Positions 13,561 to 27,263 of a DNA stretch of 64,000 nt are shown one piece after another. The stretch comes from Eledone cirrhosa. Lineage: Eukaryota. The position numbers and the translations under genes were made by a program. Position 1 is the stretch's first letter, and every line of letters starts with the position of its first letter. Below the pieces are notes generated by a model that saw nothing but the letters and a program-made list of their open reading frames with translations, did no database searches and was not told the DNA's origin. The stretch is taken from the NCBI GenBank assembly GCA_964016885.1, contig OZ024740.1, positions 48,050,001-48,114,000 of the forward strand, read 5' to 3'.

Positions 13561-13914
13561 ATTAGAAGATAAATAGAAAGTTAAGAGTGATGAGAGGAAA
13601 GACAGGGAAAATGAGAAAAACAGATGGGGAGAAAAAGATCACATGCGTATTCAGTTGGCCATTTTCTAGAGTGGCTAGTGAATGGTAACTTCAGTATAAG
13701 AGAGGTTTACAAAGGGAGATAACTAATGTATAGTGAGTATGTGTGTTGGTATGTGTGTGTGTGTGTATGCATGTGCATGCCATGTTATTGAGTGTTCATT
13801 TATTCTGGTGTTGGTGCATTCCAGAATATACCAATTGTGGTACATATTTCTATTTTATTTTACTTTGATATTTCATACATATTTCCCTTAAAATGCTTTG
13901 ATTTATTTTTACAA

Positions 13915-14330
13915 TGCTGTAAAAAGCATGTGCATTTACAAAAGAGCTTAAGAAAGATACCCTTTTTATAAAAAGCTTTGTGTCAATAGAGTAAAATGTT
14001 ATCAGTGTTTTGCAGAGTTCTCTGTCACTCTTGGGGGATGGTTGGATATTAAAAACCATTTTAAATCTTAAAGGCACAAAGTGAGTGTTGTTGGTAATTT
14101 ATTACAGTTAGATACTTTTTTCTAAAAGTCAAAAATAATCAAATTGGAGCTTCTCATTGCTGCTATAGAAATCACTTTTGATTTTGGAACCAAACTTTCA
14201 TCTTATGCAGACAAAATTGAAAACCTTAATTTTAAATGCAATTGCAATGATGGCTAAATCTATGTTTATTAAAGACCTAGCAGAGACCAATTTTGTGATA
14301 ATTTCTACAGATGCTTTGAATTGAAAAGAT
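13915..14330 (+). pseudogene. hAT-like transposase N-terminal remnant (BED-type zinc finger)
   Basis: Broken frames read CAFTKELKK..VKCYQCFAEFSVTLGGWLDIKNHFKS*RHK then KLELLIAAIEITF. Confidence 0.45.
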
Positions 14331-14748
14331 GTGAAAATGATACTTATATATATATATCATGATCATCATCCTCATCGTTTTATGTCCACTTTTCCCTGCT
14401 TGCAAGGGTGTGCTGGGTCCTTTTCAGTATAGTATCTTTCCATTTGTCATGGCCCTTCGTCATCTCTTTTGTGAGCTTCAATGATCTAAGGTCAACTCTC
14501 ACCACCTCTGTCCATATATATATATAGGTTCAGTAAAATAAATATCAAATTTGAAAATCATAAAAATACTGGTGTTGATAGAATCAACTAATCCCCTTCA
14601 AGATGATGGCCCAGCATGGCCACAGTCTAACAACTGCAACCAGCAAAAGAATGAAACATATATATTCCACAAACCTAGTTTTGTTAAAGTTTAGTGAAGA
14701 AACCAAATATTACAATCCCCACCCCCCATAAAATAACAGGTTGTGTAC

Positions 14749-14803
<55 letters not shown>

Positions 14804-14829
14804 GTGTGTGTGTATAGTCGCAAAAAAAC

Positions 14830-15588
14830 TTTTCTTCTCTCTTTCTCTATCTATCTCTTTCTCTCCTCTCTCTCTTTCTCTCTCTTTCTCTCTCCTCTCT
14901 CTCTTTCTCTCTCTTTCTCTCTCTCCTCTCTTTCTCTCTCTCCTCTCTTTCTCTCTCTTTCTCTCTCTCCTCTCTTTCTCTCTCTCTCTCCTCTCTTTCT
15001 CTCTTTCTCTCTCTCTCCTCTCCTCTCTTTCTCTCTCTCTCTCTCTCTTTCTCTCTCTTTCTCTCGCTCTCTCTCTTTCTCTCTTTCTCTTGCTCTCTCT
15101 CTTTCTCTCTTTCTCTTGCTCTCTCTCTTTCTCTCGCTCTCTCTCTCTCTTTCTCTCTCGCTCTCTTTCTCTCTCTCCTCCCTCTCTATATTTCTCTCTA
15201 TTTCTCTTTCTCTCCTCTTTCTCTTCTCTCTCTCCTCCCTCTCTCTCTCTCCTTGCTCCCTCTCCTCTCTCTCTCCTCCCTCTCTCTCTCTCTCCTCTCT
15301 CTCTCTCTCCTCTCTCTCTCCTCCCTCTCTCTCTCCTCCCTCTCTCTCTCCTCCCTCTCTCTCTCCTCCCTCTCTCTCTCCTCCCTCTCTCTCCTCCCTC
15401 TCTCTCTCCTCCCTCTCTCTCTCCTCCCTCTCTCTCTCCTCCCTCTCTCTCTCCTCCCTCTCTCTCTCCTCCCTCTCTCTCTCTTCTCTCCTCTCTTCTC
15501 TCCTCTCTCTCTTCTCTCCTCTCTCTCTTCTCTCCTCTCTCTCTTCTCTCCTCTCTCTCTTCTCTCCTCTCTCTCCTCTCTCTCTCTC
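14830..15588. repeat. (CT)n-derived polypyrimidine/polypurine tract with higher-order CTCTCTCTCCTCC units
   Basis: Seen directly; explains the spurious Glu/Arg and Ser/Leu ORFs. Confidence 0.95.
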
Positions 15589-15744
15589 TGGGAACCTGAT
15601 GTTGCCAGGCTGTGCACTGAAAATGTTGGATGATTAAGAAGTGATAAAAATAACCAGACACTGTTGTTGACCTGACTACCTCAAGCTGTATTTTTTCTCT
15701 CACTACTCATTCCTGTAGTTGTTACTCTTGTTGTTGCTATTGTG

Positions 15745-18700
15745 ATGTTGTTGGTAATGGTTATAGTAATGATGTTGTTGTTACGGTGTTGTTGGTAATG
15801 GTTATACTAGTGATGTTGTTGTTACGGTGTTGTTGGTAATGGTTATAGTAGTGATGTTGTTGTTACGGTGTTGTTGGTTATAGTAGTGATGTTGTTGTTA
15901 CGGTGTTGTTGGTAATGGTTATAGTAGTGGTGTTGTTGTTACGGTGTTGTTGGTTATAGTAGTGATGTTGTTGTTACGGTGTTGTTGGTAATGGTTATAG
16001 TAGTGATGTTGTTGTTACGGTGTTGTTGGTTATAGTAGTGATGTTGTTGTTACGGTGTTGTTGGTTATAGTAGTGATGTTGTTGTTACGGTGTTGTTGGT
16101 AATGGTTATACTAGTGATGTTGTTGTTACGGTGTTGTTGGTAATGGTTATAGTAGTGATGTTGTTGTTACGGTGTTGTTGGTTATAGTAGTGATGTTGTT
16201 GTTACGGTGTTGTTGGTAATGGTTATAGTAGTGATGTTGTTGTTACGGTGTTGTTGGTTATAGTAGTGATGTTGTTGTTACGGTGTTGTTGGTAATGGTT
16301 ATAGTAGTGATGTTGTTGTTACGGTGTTGTTGGTAATGGTTATAGTAGTGATGTTGTTGTTACGGTGTTGTTGGTTATAGTAGTGATGTTGTTGTTACGG
16401 TGTTGTTGGTTATAGTAGTGATGTTGTTGTTACGGTGTTGTTGGTAATGGTTATAGTAGTGATGTTGTTGTTACGGTGTTGTTGGTTATAGTAGTGATGT
16501 TGTTGTTACGGTGTTGTTGGTAATGGTTATAGTAGTGATGTTGTTGTTACGGTGTTGTTGGTAATGGTTATAGTAGTGATGTTGTTATTACGGTGTTGTT
16601 GGTAATGGTTATAGTAGTGATGTTGTTGTTACGGTGTTGTTGGTAATGGTTATAGTAGTGATGTTGTTGTTACGGTGTTGTTGGTAATGGTTATAGTAGT
16701 GATGTTGTTGTTACGGTGTTGTTGGTTATAGTAGTGATGTTGTTGTTACGGTGTTGTTGGTGATGGTTATAGTAGTGATGTTGTTGTTACGGTGTTGTTG
16801 GTAATGGTTATAGTAGTGATGTTGTTGTTACGGTGTTGTTGGTTATAGTAGTGATGTTGTTGTTACGGTGTTGTTGGTTATAGTAGTGATGTTGTTGTTA
16901 CGGTGTTGTTGGTAATGGTTATAGTAGTGATGTTGTTGTTACGGTGTTGTTGGTAATGGTTATAGTAGTGATGTTGTTGTTACGGTGTTGTTGGTTATAG
17001 TAGTGATGTTGTTGTTACGGTGTTGTTGGTTATAGTAGTGATGTTGTTGTTACGGTGTTGTTGGTAATGGTTATAGTAGTGATGTTGTTGTTACGGTGTT
17101 GTTGGTTATAGTAGTGATGTTGTTGTTACGGTGTTGTTGGTTATAGTAGTGATGTTGTTGTTACGGTGTTGTTGGTAATGGTTATAGTAGTGATGTTGTT
17201 GTTACGGTGTTGTTGGTTATAGTAGTGATGTTGTTGTTACGGTGTTGTTGGTAATGGTTATAGTAGTGATGTTGTTGTTACGGTGTTGTTGGTAATGGTT
17301 ATAGTAGTGATGTTGTTGTTACGGTGTTGTTGGTAATGGTTATAGTAGTGATGTTGTTGTTACGGTGTTGTTGGTTATAGTAGTGATGTTGTTGTTACGG
17401 TGTTGTTGGTTATAGTAGTGATGTTGTTGTTACGGTGTTGTTGGTGATGGTTATAGTAGTGATGTTGTTGTTACGGTGTTGTTGGTTATAGTAGTGATGT
17501 TGTTGTTACGGTGTTGTTGGTAATGGTTATAGTAGTGATGTTGTTGTTACGGTGTTGTTGGTAATGGTTATAGTAGTGATGTTGTTGTTACGGTGTTGTT
17601 GGTTATAGTAGTGATGTTGTTGTTACGGTGTTGTTGGTAATGGTTATAGTAGTGATGTTGTTGTTACGGTGTTGTTGGTTATAGTAGTGATGTTGTTGTT
17701 ACGGTGTTGTTGGTTATAGTAGTGATGTTGTTGTTACGGTGTTGTTGGTTATAGTAGTGATGTTGTTGTTACGGTGTTGTTGGTAATGGTTATAGTAGTG
17801 ATGTTGTTGTTACGGTGTTGTTGGTTATAGTAGTGATGTTGTTGTTACGGTGTTGTTGGTAATGGTTATAGTAGTGATGTTGTTGTTACGGTGTTGTTGG
17901 TTATAGTAGTGATGTTGTTGTTACGGTGTTGTTGGTAATGGTTATAGTAGTGATGTTGTTGTTACGGTGTTGTTGGTTATAGTAGTGATGTTGTTGTTAC
18001 GGTGTTGTTGGTTATAGTAGTGATGTTGTTGTTACGGTGTTGTTGGTTATAGTAGTGATGTTGTTGTTACGGTGTTGTTGGTAATGGTTATAGTAGTGAT
18101 GTTGTTGTTACGGTGTTGTTGGTTATAGTAGTGATGTTGTTGTTACGGTGTTGTTGGTAATGGTTATAGTAGTGATGTTGTTGTTACGGTGTTGTTGGTT
18201 ATAGTAGTGATGTTGTTGTTACGGTGTTGTTGGTAATGGTTATAGTAGTGATGTTGTTGTTACGGTGTTGTTGGTTATAGTAGTGATGTTGTTGTTACGG
18301 TGTTGTTGGTAATGGTTATAGTAGTGATGTTGTTGTTACGGTGTTGTTGGTTATAGTAGTGATGTTGTTGTTACGGTGTTGTTGGTTATAGTAGTGATGT
18401 TGTTGTTACGGTGTTGTTGGTTATAGTAGTGATGTTGTTGTTACGGTGTTGTTGGTAATGGTTATAGTAGTGATGTTGTTGTTACGGTGTTGGTTATAGT
18501 AGTGATGTTGTTGTTACGGTGTTGTTGGTTATAGTAGTGATGTTGTTGTTACGGTGTTGTTGGTCATGGTTATAGTAGTGATGTTGTTGTTACGGTGTTG
18601 TTGGTAATGGTTATAGTAGTGATGTTGTTGTTACGGTGTTGTTGGTAATGGTTATAGTAGTGATGTTGTTGTTACGGTGTTGTTGGTTATAGTAGTGATG

Positions 18701-20085
18701 TTGTTGTTACGGTGTTGTTGGTTATAGTAGTGATGTTGTTGTTACGGTGTTGTTGGTTATAGTAGTGATGTTGTTACGGTGTTGTTGGTAATGGTTATAG
18801 TAGTGATGTTGTTGTTACGGTGTTGTTGGTAATGGTTATAGTAGTGATGTTGTTGTTACGGTGTTGTTGGTTATAGTAGTGATGTTGTTGTTACGGTGTT
18901 GTTGGTTATAGTAGTGATGTTGTTGTTACGGTGTTGTTGGTAATGGTTATAGTAGTGATGTTGTTGTTATGGTGTTGTTGGTTATAGTAGTGATGTTGTT
19001 GTTACGGTGTTGTTGGTTATAGTAGTGATGTTGTTGTTACGGTGTTGTTGGTAATGGTTATAGTAGTGATGTTGTTGTTACGGTGTTGTTGGTAATGGTT
19101 ATAGTAGTGATGTTGTTGTTACGGTGTTGTTGGTTATAGTAGTGATGTTGTTGTTACGGTGTTGTTGGTAATGGTTATAGTAGTGATGTTGTTGTTACGG
19201 TGTTGTTGGTTATAGTAGTGATGTTGTTGTTACGGTGTTGTTGGTAATGGTTATAGTAGTGATGTTGTTGTTACGGTGTTGTTGGTAATGGTTATAGTAG
19301 TGATGTTGTTGTTACGGTGTTGTTGGTAATGGTTATAGTAGTGATGTTGTTGTTACGGTGTTGTTGGTAATGGTTATAGTAGTGATGTTGTTGTTACGGT
19401 GTTGTTGGTAATGGTTATAGTAGTGATGTTGTTGTTACGGTGTTGTTGGTTATAGTAGTGATGTTGTTGTTACGGTGTTGTTGGTTATAGTAGTGATGTT
19501 GTTGTTACGGTGTTGTTGGTAATGGTTATAGTAGTGATGTTGTTGTTACGGTGTTGTTGGTAATGGTTATAGTAGTGATGTTGTTGTTACGGTGTTGTTG
19601 GTTATAGTAGTGATGTTGTTGTTACGGTGTTGTTGGTAATGGTTATAGTAGTGATGTTGTTGTTATGGTGTTGTTGGTAATGGTTATAGTAGTGATGTTG
19701 TTGTTACGGTGTTGTTGGTTATAGTAGTGATGTTGTTGTTACGGTGTTGTTGGTAATGGTTATAGTAGTGATGTTGTTGTTACGGTGTTGTTGGTTATAG
19801 TAGTGATGTTGTTGTTACGGTGTTGTTGGTAATGGTTATAGTAGTGATGTTGTTGTTACGGTGTTGTTGGTAATGGTTATAGTAGTGATGTTGTTGTTAC
19901 GGTGTTGTTGGTTATAGTAGTGATGTTGTTGTTACGGTGTTGTTGGTTATAGTAGTGATGTTGTTGTTACGGTGTTGTTGGTAATGGTTATAGTAGTGAT
20001 GTTGTTGTTACGGTGTTGTTGGTAATGGTTATAGTAGTGATGTTGTTACGGTGTTGTTGGTAATGGTTATAGTAGTGATGTTGCT
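15745..20085. repeat. 4.3-kb minisatellite of 35-bp and 41-bp units
   Basis: Unit GGTTATAGTAGTGATGTTGTTGTTACGGTGTTGTT (35 bp) with or without GGTAAT (41 bp); roughly 110 copies, highly homogeneous. Confidence 0.97.
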
Positions 20086-20599
20086 AGTGATAGTTGTAGT
20101 AGTAGTATTGTTGTTATTGTGATGTTGTTGGTGATGGTTATAGCTGTTATTGTGGTGTTGTTTGTGATAGTTGTAGTAGTGGTGCTGCTTGTTGTAAAAA
20201 GTTGATCTTATTCCTCATTGCGTGAAGGTTTCAAACTCTTTCAAATATTTTGTTAGTTAATTTTTTTTCTCTTCTGCTCAGAGGGACAAAACTTACTACA
20301 CAGAAGGATGAAACTTCTATTCTGAGATCAAACCCTTCTAGGGTTCTTATAGTCTATTCCATGGTCCATATAATAAAGGCCTGTTATGTAGTAGGGTCAA
20401 TACTTGTTTTATTGTTTCTAGTGTGTCATAGTATATGTGTTGAGTGAGTTGTGTTATTTTGTTAGATGGTCATGTTGTTTTGCATGTATTGCATGTTTTG
20501 TATTAATTATCAGAACCATTTTGAATTTCGTGCTTGGTCTGTCAAGGATATCCTCTTTCTTCGCTCCTGTACATTTGGGCTTTGGAACCACTGCTGTGG

Positions 20600-22170
20600 A
20601 AGGGAGATATGTTGGAATGCATCCTGCTGAACTGAAATGCAGGAAGGCTGTTTCAGCATACAGAGATAATGTCACCATCGTGATGTTGGAGACTGTTGAA
20701 ATCAAGATGATCAGCACATAATAAAGCAGAGGCAATTCCAGTTAGCTAGTGTCATAGGGTACTGGGTAGGGTCATGTTAAGCTATCTGGAATCTTGTTCT
20801 GTCTAGAGCACCATAGAGAAAGAAATTGGAACAAGGTTACAAGTAGGATGGCCAGTCTTCACCAGAAATTTGTTGAGAGGAATGCTATCCTTAAAAGGTT
20901 GAGCATTATTTATTATTGCTTGACCATCATGCTTTCCCTAATTTTCAACTGACCAAGCTGGAGCATTTCACTTGTCAGAAGGTGCATCTATTTCCAATAC
21001 CTTCTACATGAGAGATTCAGTATGCCATAGCTAAAGTGACAGCATCTGCTGATATTATTAGACAGTGTGAGAATATTGTTACCATTTGTAAGGCACATTT
21101 TCCTGCAGCTTGTCTCTTTTATAGGGCTGCTTTCTTGGGTTAAGTGAAAACCAACATTGGCTGTCTAGCATCTGAAATGTTATCAAGTGAGTCAGACAGT
21201 GTGGCCTTTTGCATTCTATAGAAGGTTAGTGGCCGGCAAGAGTGTAGTGAAATCTCGACATATTTTCCAATGATGGCTTTTCTTAGTCTTCCACACACAA
21301 CCACCTTGGTTGTGTGACCCCAGAGCCTCATAACTAGATAACGTTCTCTGGTGGAAGGACGAACAGTGCCATTTGTATGCAGGGAAAACAATAGATAAAT
21401 TTCCCTTTGCAAAATCAGTCTGCTTCTCAACTCGGCAGCAGAACAATCGCTTGAAATTTATCTATTGTTCTCCCAGTGTACAAATGGCACTGTTAGTCCT
21501 TCCACCAGAGAATGTTATCTAAGTTATGGGGCCCTGAAGTCGTAGGTGAGTATTAAGATGATTGTGTTTGGCAAACTAAAAAAAACCATCATAGGAAAAT
21601 ATGTTGAGATTTCACTACAAGAGTGACATTCTTAGATTGGTTCTGAGAGTCAACTAAGATCAATTGAAAATCCTATTCTAGAAGACTTTCAGTATAGAGA
21701 CTATGAACTACTCCCAGAAATCTCTGCCTTTGTTGTGTTACAGCAGAGACATTGTCTGTTTAGGATAAACTCTACATGTATGTCAACCAGGCTTGTCCAA
21801 GATATGCAAAATCTAATGAGACAGATATGCTGCATCTACTTCTTCGGTATTCAACTATTGCTGACTTGTGGAATTGTGTCAAACAGTTGTTGTTGCATGT
21901 AGGATAGATTTAGTTATCACTTAGGCCTATTATGAAAATGTCCTGTCACTTTCCTTTAGTTGAGAAGAGCAGGTAGTTTTCTGTTTAATAGCCATGCTGA
22001 AAGAGATTGTATGTTGGAGAAGATCAAAAGGATTGAAGACACTTTTTTCTTTGGCTAAAACTTCATGAACTCTTTAAAGTCCCATTGGGAGAGGAAGATG
22101 ATGGTTGAGAGAGAAATGCTGCTCTTCATTAAATTTTCTGAAAGCAGGGTGAGAGTTATAGAATGGCTCA
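20600..22170 (+). pseudogene. Decayed Tx1/L1-like LINE ORF2, interrupted by a hAT MITE
   Basis: VSAYRDNVTIV (cf. YADD motif), VKLSGILF, NWNKVTSRM, LRGMLSLKG, and a degenerate knuckle CPRY..NET..LH; many stops. Confidence 0.55.
21245..21617. mobile_element. hAT-like foldback MITE
   Basis: TIR TAGTGAAATCTC.../...GAGATTTCACTA, imperfect ~160-bp arms, perfect 8-bp TSD CAAGAGTG (21237-21244, 21618-21625). Confidence 0.85.
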
Positions 22171-22438
22171 CACCAATAGGCCTATTTTCAGAATATGTCT
22201 GTAGGCCAGAGAATACAGTTGAGAGAGCACTTGGTTTTATTAGTCAGTCATTCTAGATGTATAGAGCTCCCCATTTAGCTATGTGCTTGGTCTCTTATTG
22301 GGCCCTCTTATTTCAAGCTCTTTTGTTTTCCATGTCTCTTTTTATTCAGCCGATTCTGAATGAAGCCCAACAGTTTTGGTAATTTATCCTTGTAATGTTG
22401 CCTTTAAAGGACACCCTTGCGGCAAATAAAGAAATAAT

Positions 22439-22632
22439 TGTTTCTACTTTAGGCACAAGGCCAGCAATTACCCAGTGCATTACTGGTACTTTATTTTATC
22501 GCCCCCGTAAGGATGAAAGGCAAAGTCAACCTCGGCAGGATTTGAACTCAGATCGTAAAGGGACGTAACTACGCTGGAAAGAATGTCTGACCCTCTACCG
22601 ATACTGCCAATCCACTGCCCCTATCCAATCCA
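22439..22632 (-). mobile_element. SINE family 1 with TSD
   Basis: Full copy; 19-bp TSD CGGCAAATAAAGAAATAAT (22420-22438, 22633-22651). Confidence 0.9.
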
Positions 22633-22664
22633 CGGCAAATAAAGAAATAATAATAATTATTATT

Positions 22665-23040
22665 GAGGGCAATGAGCGACAGAAATGACTGTGCCAATCA
22701 AAATACCTTGCACACCTAAGTTTAAAATTTACTGTGCTGGAATTTCACTTTCATTTTCTGTTTTGGTTTGATAAAATACCAGTCAAGCATTTTATTCTTC
22801 CTCCTCAAATTTTCAGTCTTCTGCTTAGGTTAATTATATTTTAATAGCAGGAATATGAGCCGAGAACAAAATGTCCTGCAATATTTAGTTACATTCTTTC
22901 ACTCTTTGAGTTTGAGACTCACCGAAGTCAACTTGCTTTTCATTCGTTTGAAGGAAATAAAGTATCGATCAAATACTTAGATTGATTTATGTTCCTGTGG
23001 TGTATCCTAAATATTTGGTTTTATGACAATATAAGAGATT
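22665..23040 (+). mobile_element. Two old, diverged SINE family 1 copies
   Basis: Degenerate core (CTTTCATT...GATAAAATACCAG; GAGTTTGAGACTCACCGAAGTCAACTTGCTTTTCATTC). Confidence 0.5.
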
Positions 23041-23378
23041 ATATTGACCAAGAATTATTCATAACACTTTCTCTCTATGTAAAATTCTTTGTCAAATGAT
23101 CAAGCAGGTTTGAATAGACTATACTATGTTGATAAGGTCTAAGAGACTGAAACATATCTATAGTTATCTCTTACCTACAAAACTCAGACATTACTTCCCC
23201 TTGCATGTAAATTAACTTTAAGAAGTTAATTCTTAATTTCTTGCAATTATCTCCCCCTCTTTTTTCTTTGGGAGCCACTAATAATTGCCGTTAAGATTTG
23301 TTTTCTGTCTTCAACTAAAAGGAAATTTTCAATTAATTATGAATTTTTTGCATATATCGTTCAGCGTAAGCCCTTTAA

Positions 23379-23586
23379 CCCTTTAGCATTTAAACTGGCT
23401 GTATCCAGCCAGAATTCTCTCACCTCTTTCTGTTCAAACCAGCCATAACTGGCTGCTTATCCTTATGTTAAGGTATTGTTCTCAAAATAAATAATATCAA
23501 AATCTCATAGATTCAATATTATATGAGATAAAGCCTTTACTGTGGAAATATAATAGTATATATAGAGTAATGTAAATGCTAAAGGG
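23379..23586. mobile_element. piggyBac-like MITE, complete
   Basis: TIR CCCTTTAGCATTTA / TAAATGCTAAAGGG with TTAA on both sides. Confidence 0.85.
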
Positions 23587-23699
23587 TTAAATTACTTATC
23601 CAAATTCAGTCTATTGGGCCCATTTGAGTTATTTCCCTTAGCTCTTATAATTTCTAATTATTAATAATAAAAAAAATTCTTCTACCTATTTATGTTCCT

Positions 23700-24005
23700 G
23701 CTTCTTCTTCTTTGTAATGTGCTTAATTTTTTTTTAAATCTTCTTCGTTCTTCTTCTTCATTCTTCTTCTTTCTTCATGTTCTTCTTCGTTCTTCTTTCT
23801 TCATCTTCTTCATCATTCTTCTTCTTCGTTCTTCTTCTTTGTTCTCCTTCTTTCTTCTTCTTCGTTCTTCTTCTTCGTTCTTCTTCTTCGTTCTCCTTCT
23901 TCGTTCTCCTTCTTCGTTCTCCTTTCTTCTTTCTCCTTTCTTCTTCGTTCTCCTTCTTCATTCTTCTTCATGTTCTTCTTCGTTCTTCTTCATTCTTCTT
24001 CTTCA
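23700..24005. repeat. (TTC)n-derived microsatellite
   Basis: Seen directly. Confidence 0.9.
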
Positions 24006-24717
24006 ACATCAGTTTGTAATGTGCTTCATTTTCTTTGAAATTTTATTTTTCATCTTCCAGTCTTTTCTTTTTCTACTTCTCTTCATTTATTTCCTCCTCC
24101 TGTAAAATTCTAGCTGGTTTTATAGTGTCTTATTGTGATTTTTTTTCTTCCACTTCTTTCCTATCTTTTTTCACTCATCCTTCCTTCCTTCCTTCTTTCC
24201 TGCCTTCTTATCTTCATTCATTTATTTATTCTGTTTCCTCTTTCCTTTCTACTTCCTCATCATCATAACACAATTTTCAATGCCACTTAGATTATGATAT
24301 TTATTTGGTTGAGACATTGCTCGCACATCTCACTTGATATTTCTTGCTACCTTTTTGTGGCCTGGAGAAAAAGAAAAAGAAATCTCTGTATTTTGTAATT
24401 TTGGTTCTTGATTGTTTTATTACTATTATTTTTATTGTTTTTTCCTTCAGTATTGTTTCTGATATATGCGGAGTGTCTTCCTGACACCTAGGGCAAATAA
24501 ATTCACGTATACATTGGTAAGCCAGTTAATACACGACATTGAATATAATTTACAGCTTATCATTCTTACAGAGAGATATCATTCTTACAGAGATAGTGCT
24601 CTACTCACACACACACCCATCCATACAAGGAGGGATATCATGCTCACAGCTCTTCTCAATATGTGTGCAGTACCAGTCAAAATTACTATTACTATTATTG
24701 TTATTATTATTGCATCA

Positions 24718-25322
24718 TAGAGTTACGCCCCTTTACTTTCTGAGTCCAAATCCCGCCAAGGCTAACTTTGCCTTTCATCCTTACGGGGTCGATAAAATAA
24801 AGTACCAGTAATGTACTGGAATAATTGCTGGCCTTGTGCCAAAAGTAGAAACAATTATTATTATTATTATTATTAGGGTGGTGGATTGGCCGTATTAGTA
24901 GTGTCAGATACTATGATGTGTGGCATAGTTATGTTCCTTTACGTTCTGAGTTCAAATCCCACCAAGGTTAACTTTGCCTTTCATCCTTATGGGGTCAAGG
25001 AAATAAAGCACCAGTGATTCACTGGGGTCAATTTAATTGACTTTTCCCTCCCCCAAATTGCTGGTCTTGTGCCTATAGTAGAAATCATCATTATTATTAT
25101 TACTATTATATAGGGGCGATGGATTGGCAGTATCAGTAGAGCGTTGGATACTGATTTGCAGCATAGAGTTACGGCCCTTTATGGTCTGTGTTCAAATCCC
25201 ACCTTTGCCTTTCATTCTTATAGGGTTGGTAAAATAAAGTACCAGTCATACACTGAGGTCGTTTTAATCGACTTCCCCCTCCCCCAAAATTGTTGGCCAC
25301 GTGCCTAAATCAGAAACCATTA

Positions 25323-25335
<13 letters not shown>
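24718..25335 (+). mobile_element. Three head-to-tail SINE family 1 copies
   Basis: Repeated B-box and core separated by (ATT)n tails. Confidence 0.85.
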
Positions 25336-25353
<18 letters not shown>

Positions 25354-25657
25354 TTCATATATTTTATTTATTTATTTATTTATTTGCTTGTTTCAATCTA
25401 CAAAGATTCACTGCAATTAAATGAAGGCGTGGAATTAATAGATGTTATTAACTAGGAATGTGGCATTTATTTATTTAGACGTTCACTTATTTGTTTGTTT
25501 ATTGTATATAACATTTTGTAAACAATAGCATCATTGGTTACAACTCACCACCAGACCAATAACTGGTTTACTGCATTTTACAAAGGTGAGAATGACAATG
25601 AAATCATCTGTGTGCAAATCAGACTAAACAAATAACACAGATATTTTGTTCTAATTA

Positions 25658-25785
25658 TACAAGATGTGTCTGAAAAGAAACAGGACTGGAGTCACGAAAG
25701 CACGTATAAAATACATACAATGTCTGAGAGATGAAATTGTAGTTATATACTCCCTGGATATAACATCACACGGTGATGCAACCAA
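25658..25785. mobile_element. Mariner-like terminal fragment
   Basis: TA|CAAGATGTGTCTGAAAAGAAACAGGACTGGAGTCAC resembles the TIR at 27264. Confidence 0.45.
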
Positions 25786-26129
25786 TTAATCTCATTAATC
25801 TGTACCCCACTCATAGCTCACACAGCATAATAAGTTCTGTTACTTTTCTGACAGACCTCATATATAGTCCAACCCTTGATAGTAAAGATGATGATGATAA
25901 ATACATACACATCTTGATCTTATTCCTCTTTTTTTTCTCTTGTCTTGATTGCCTCAGGCTCTATTGACATATATGATGTGTATGACAAATTCCACTTATA
26001 AGGAATTTATGAATCTGCTAACTACCACGTGGTATTATTGATCCTGGAACGACTTGGTTGTGAAATGAACTTCTTTAACACATAACGATACCATAAGCTT
26101 ACTTAATGCACTATTCTTTGGAGATGATA

Positions 26130-26290
26130 GTCATCATCATTATCATCGTTTAATTGTCATTTTTTGACACAAGTATGGATTAGATGAATTTTCTCATTGT
26201 GAGACAAGTCAGATCAGAGGACTGTGTCTTGCTCATTCAAAGCGGTTTCTGGCCTGGTTTCTATAGTTGGATGCCCTTCCTAATGCCAAT
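26130..26290 (-). mobile_element. RTE 3'-end fragment (others at 14360-14515 and 26805-26895)
   Basis: (CAT)n tail and GGATGCCCTTCCTAA motif. Confidence 0.55.
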
Positions 26291-27220
26291 GTTGATAAAT
26301 AAATTTAATTAATTCTACTCTAGTCGATCTTTGATTATAACATGCCACTTTAATTTTGTCAAACCATGGCTGGTATCAGATTTTTTTTGCACCCATTGAA
26401 GAATGTTTCCTTTAGATTCTGTGGCCAGCTTGTTTGTGATAGAGGATATTATTGGTGCAATTAAGAATTATATGTTTGTGTTGTTATTGTTGTTTACCTC
26501 ATGATCAAGGTTTGATTAAGTCCTTTGAGGTCCTAAGGTCTTAAAAGATTATGGTGTCCCCTATATATAAAGTTGAAGTCCACAAAAGATTATTTTTTTA
26601 ATGACAATTACACTTAATTTAAATAAAATGGTGTCCTCTTCTCTTACTGCTCTCAGCATATGCTTATTTTGCTTAATGGTTTATCCAACCCTAAATATGA
26701 TGGGGCCTCTATGCTGTTGCTTGAGCTGTTAGAAATCACAGCCAAATTTCTATATAACTACAATCCAATTTTAGATAACAATAATTCTAAATGATCTGGT
26801 ATAATTCATCATCATCATCATCATCATTTCATTTTACGTCCACTTTTCCCTACTTGCAAGGGTGGGACGGGAACTGATTCTGGCTTGATTTCTACATGCA
26901 TAGACAAAATATTGAAAAAATGTAGAGACTGGGAATTTTAATAAAAATCAGGTATATTGAGTTTCATTTTATTGACAGTTCATTCAATCTCGCTATCACT
27001 ATATTGTCAGCGTAGAGTGGGTTTTGGCCGCACTATACAGTAGCAACATTGGCCACCCCTGTTAAACGTAATATACCTTCAACTACAGCAAACACAACTA
27101 CCCCCACCACCATCATCCCCCCCAAAAGCTGGCTTCCGTGTGCAGTCCGCTCACTCCACAAACTCCACCACTATATCTGAATGTATTATATACCTGGATT
27201 GCATTGGCGAGTAAAATCAA

Positions 27221-27251
<31 letters not shown>

Positions 27252-27263
27252 CGTATATATATA

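Noticed and set aside
14684-15703. Glu/Arg-rich and Ser/Leu-rich ORFs
   Set aside because: Read-through of the (CT)n tract
15745-20085. CRISPR array or mucin-like coding repeat
   Set aside because: No unique spacers, eukaryotic context, and unit lengths of 35/41 break frame
23692-24268. Phe/Ser/Leu-rich membrane-like ORFs
   Set aside because: (TTC)n and (TTCC)n simple repeats
24451-24516. Plus-strand exon with good splice sites
   Set aside because: Stops in all three frames and no other support
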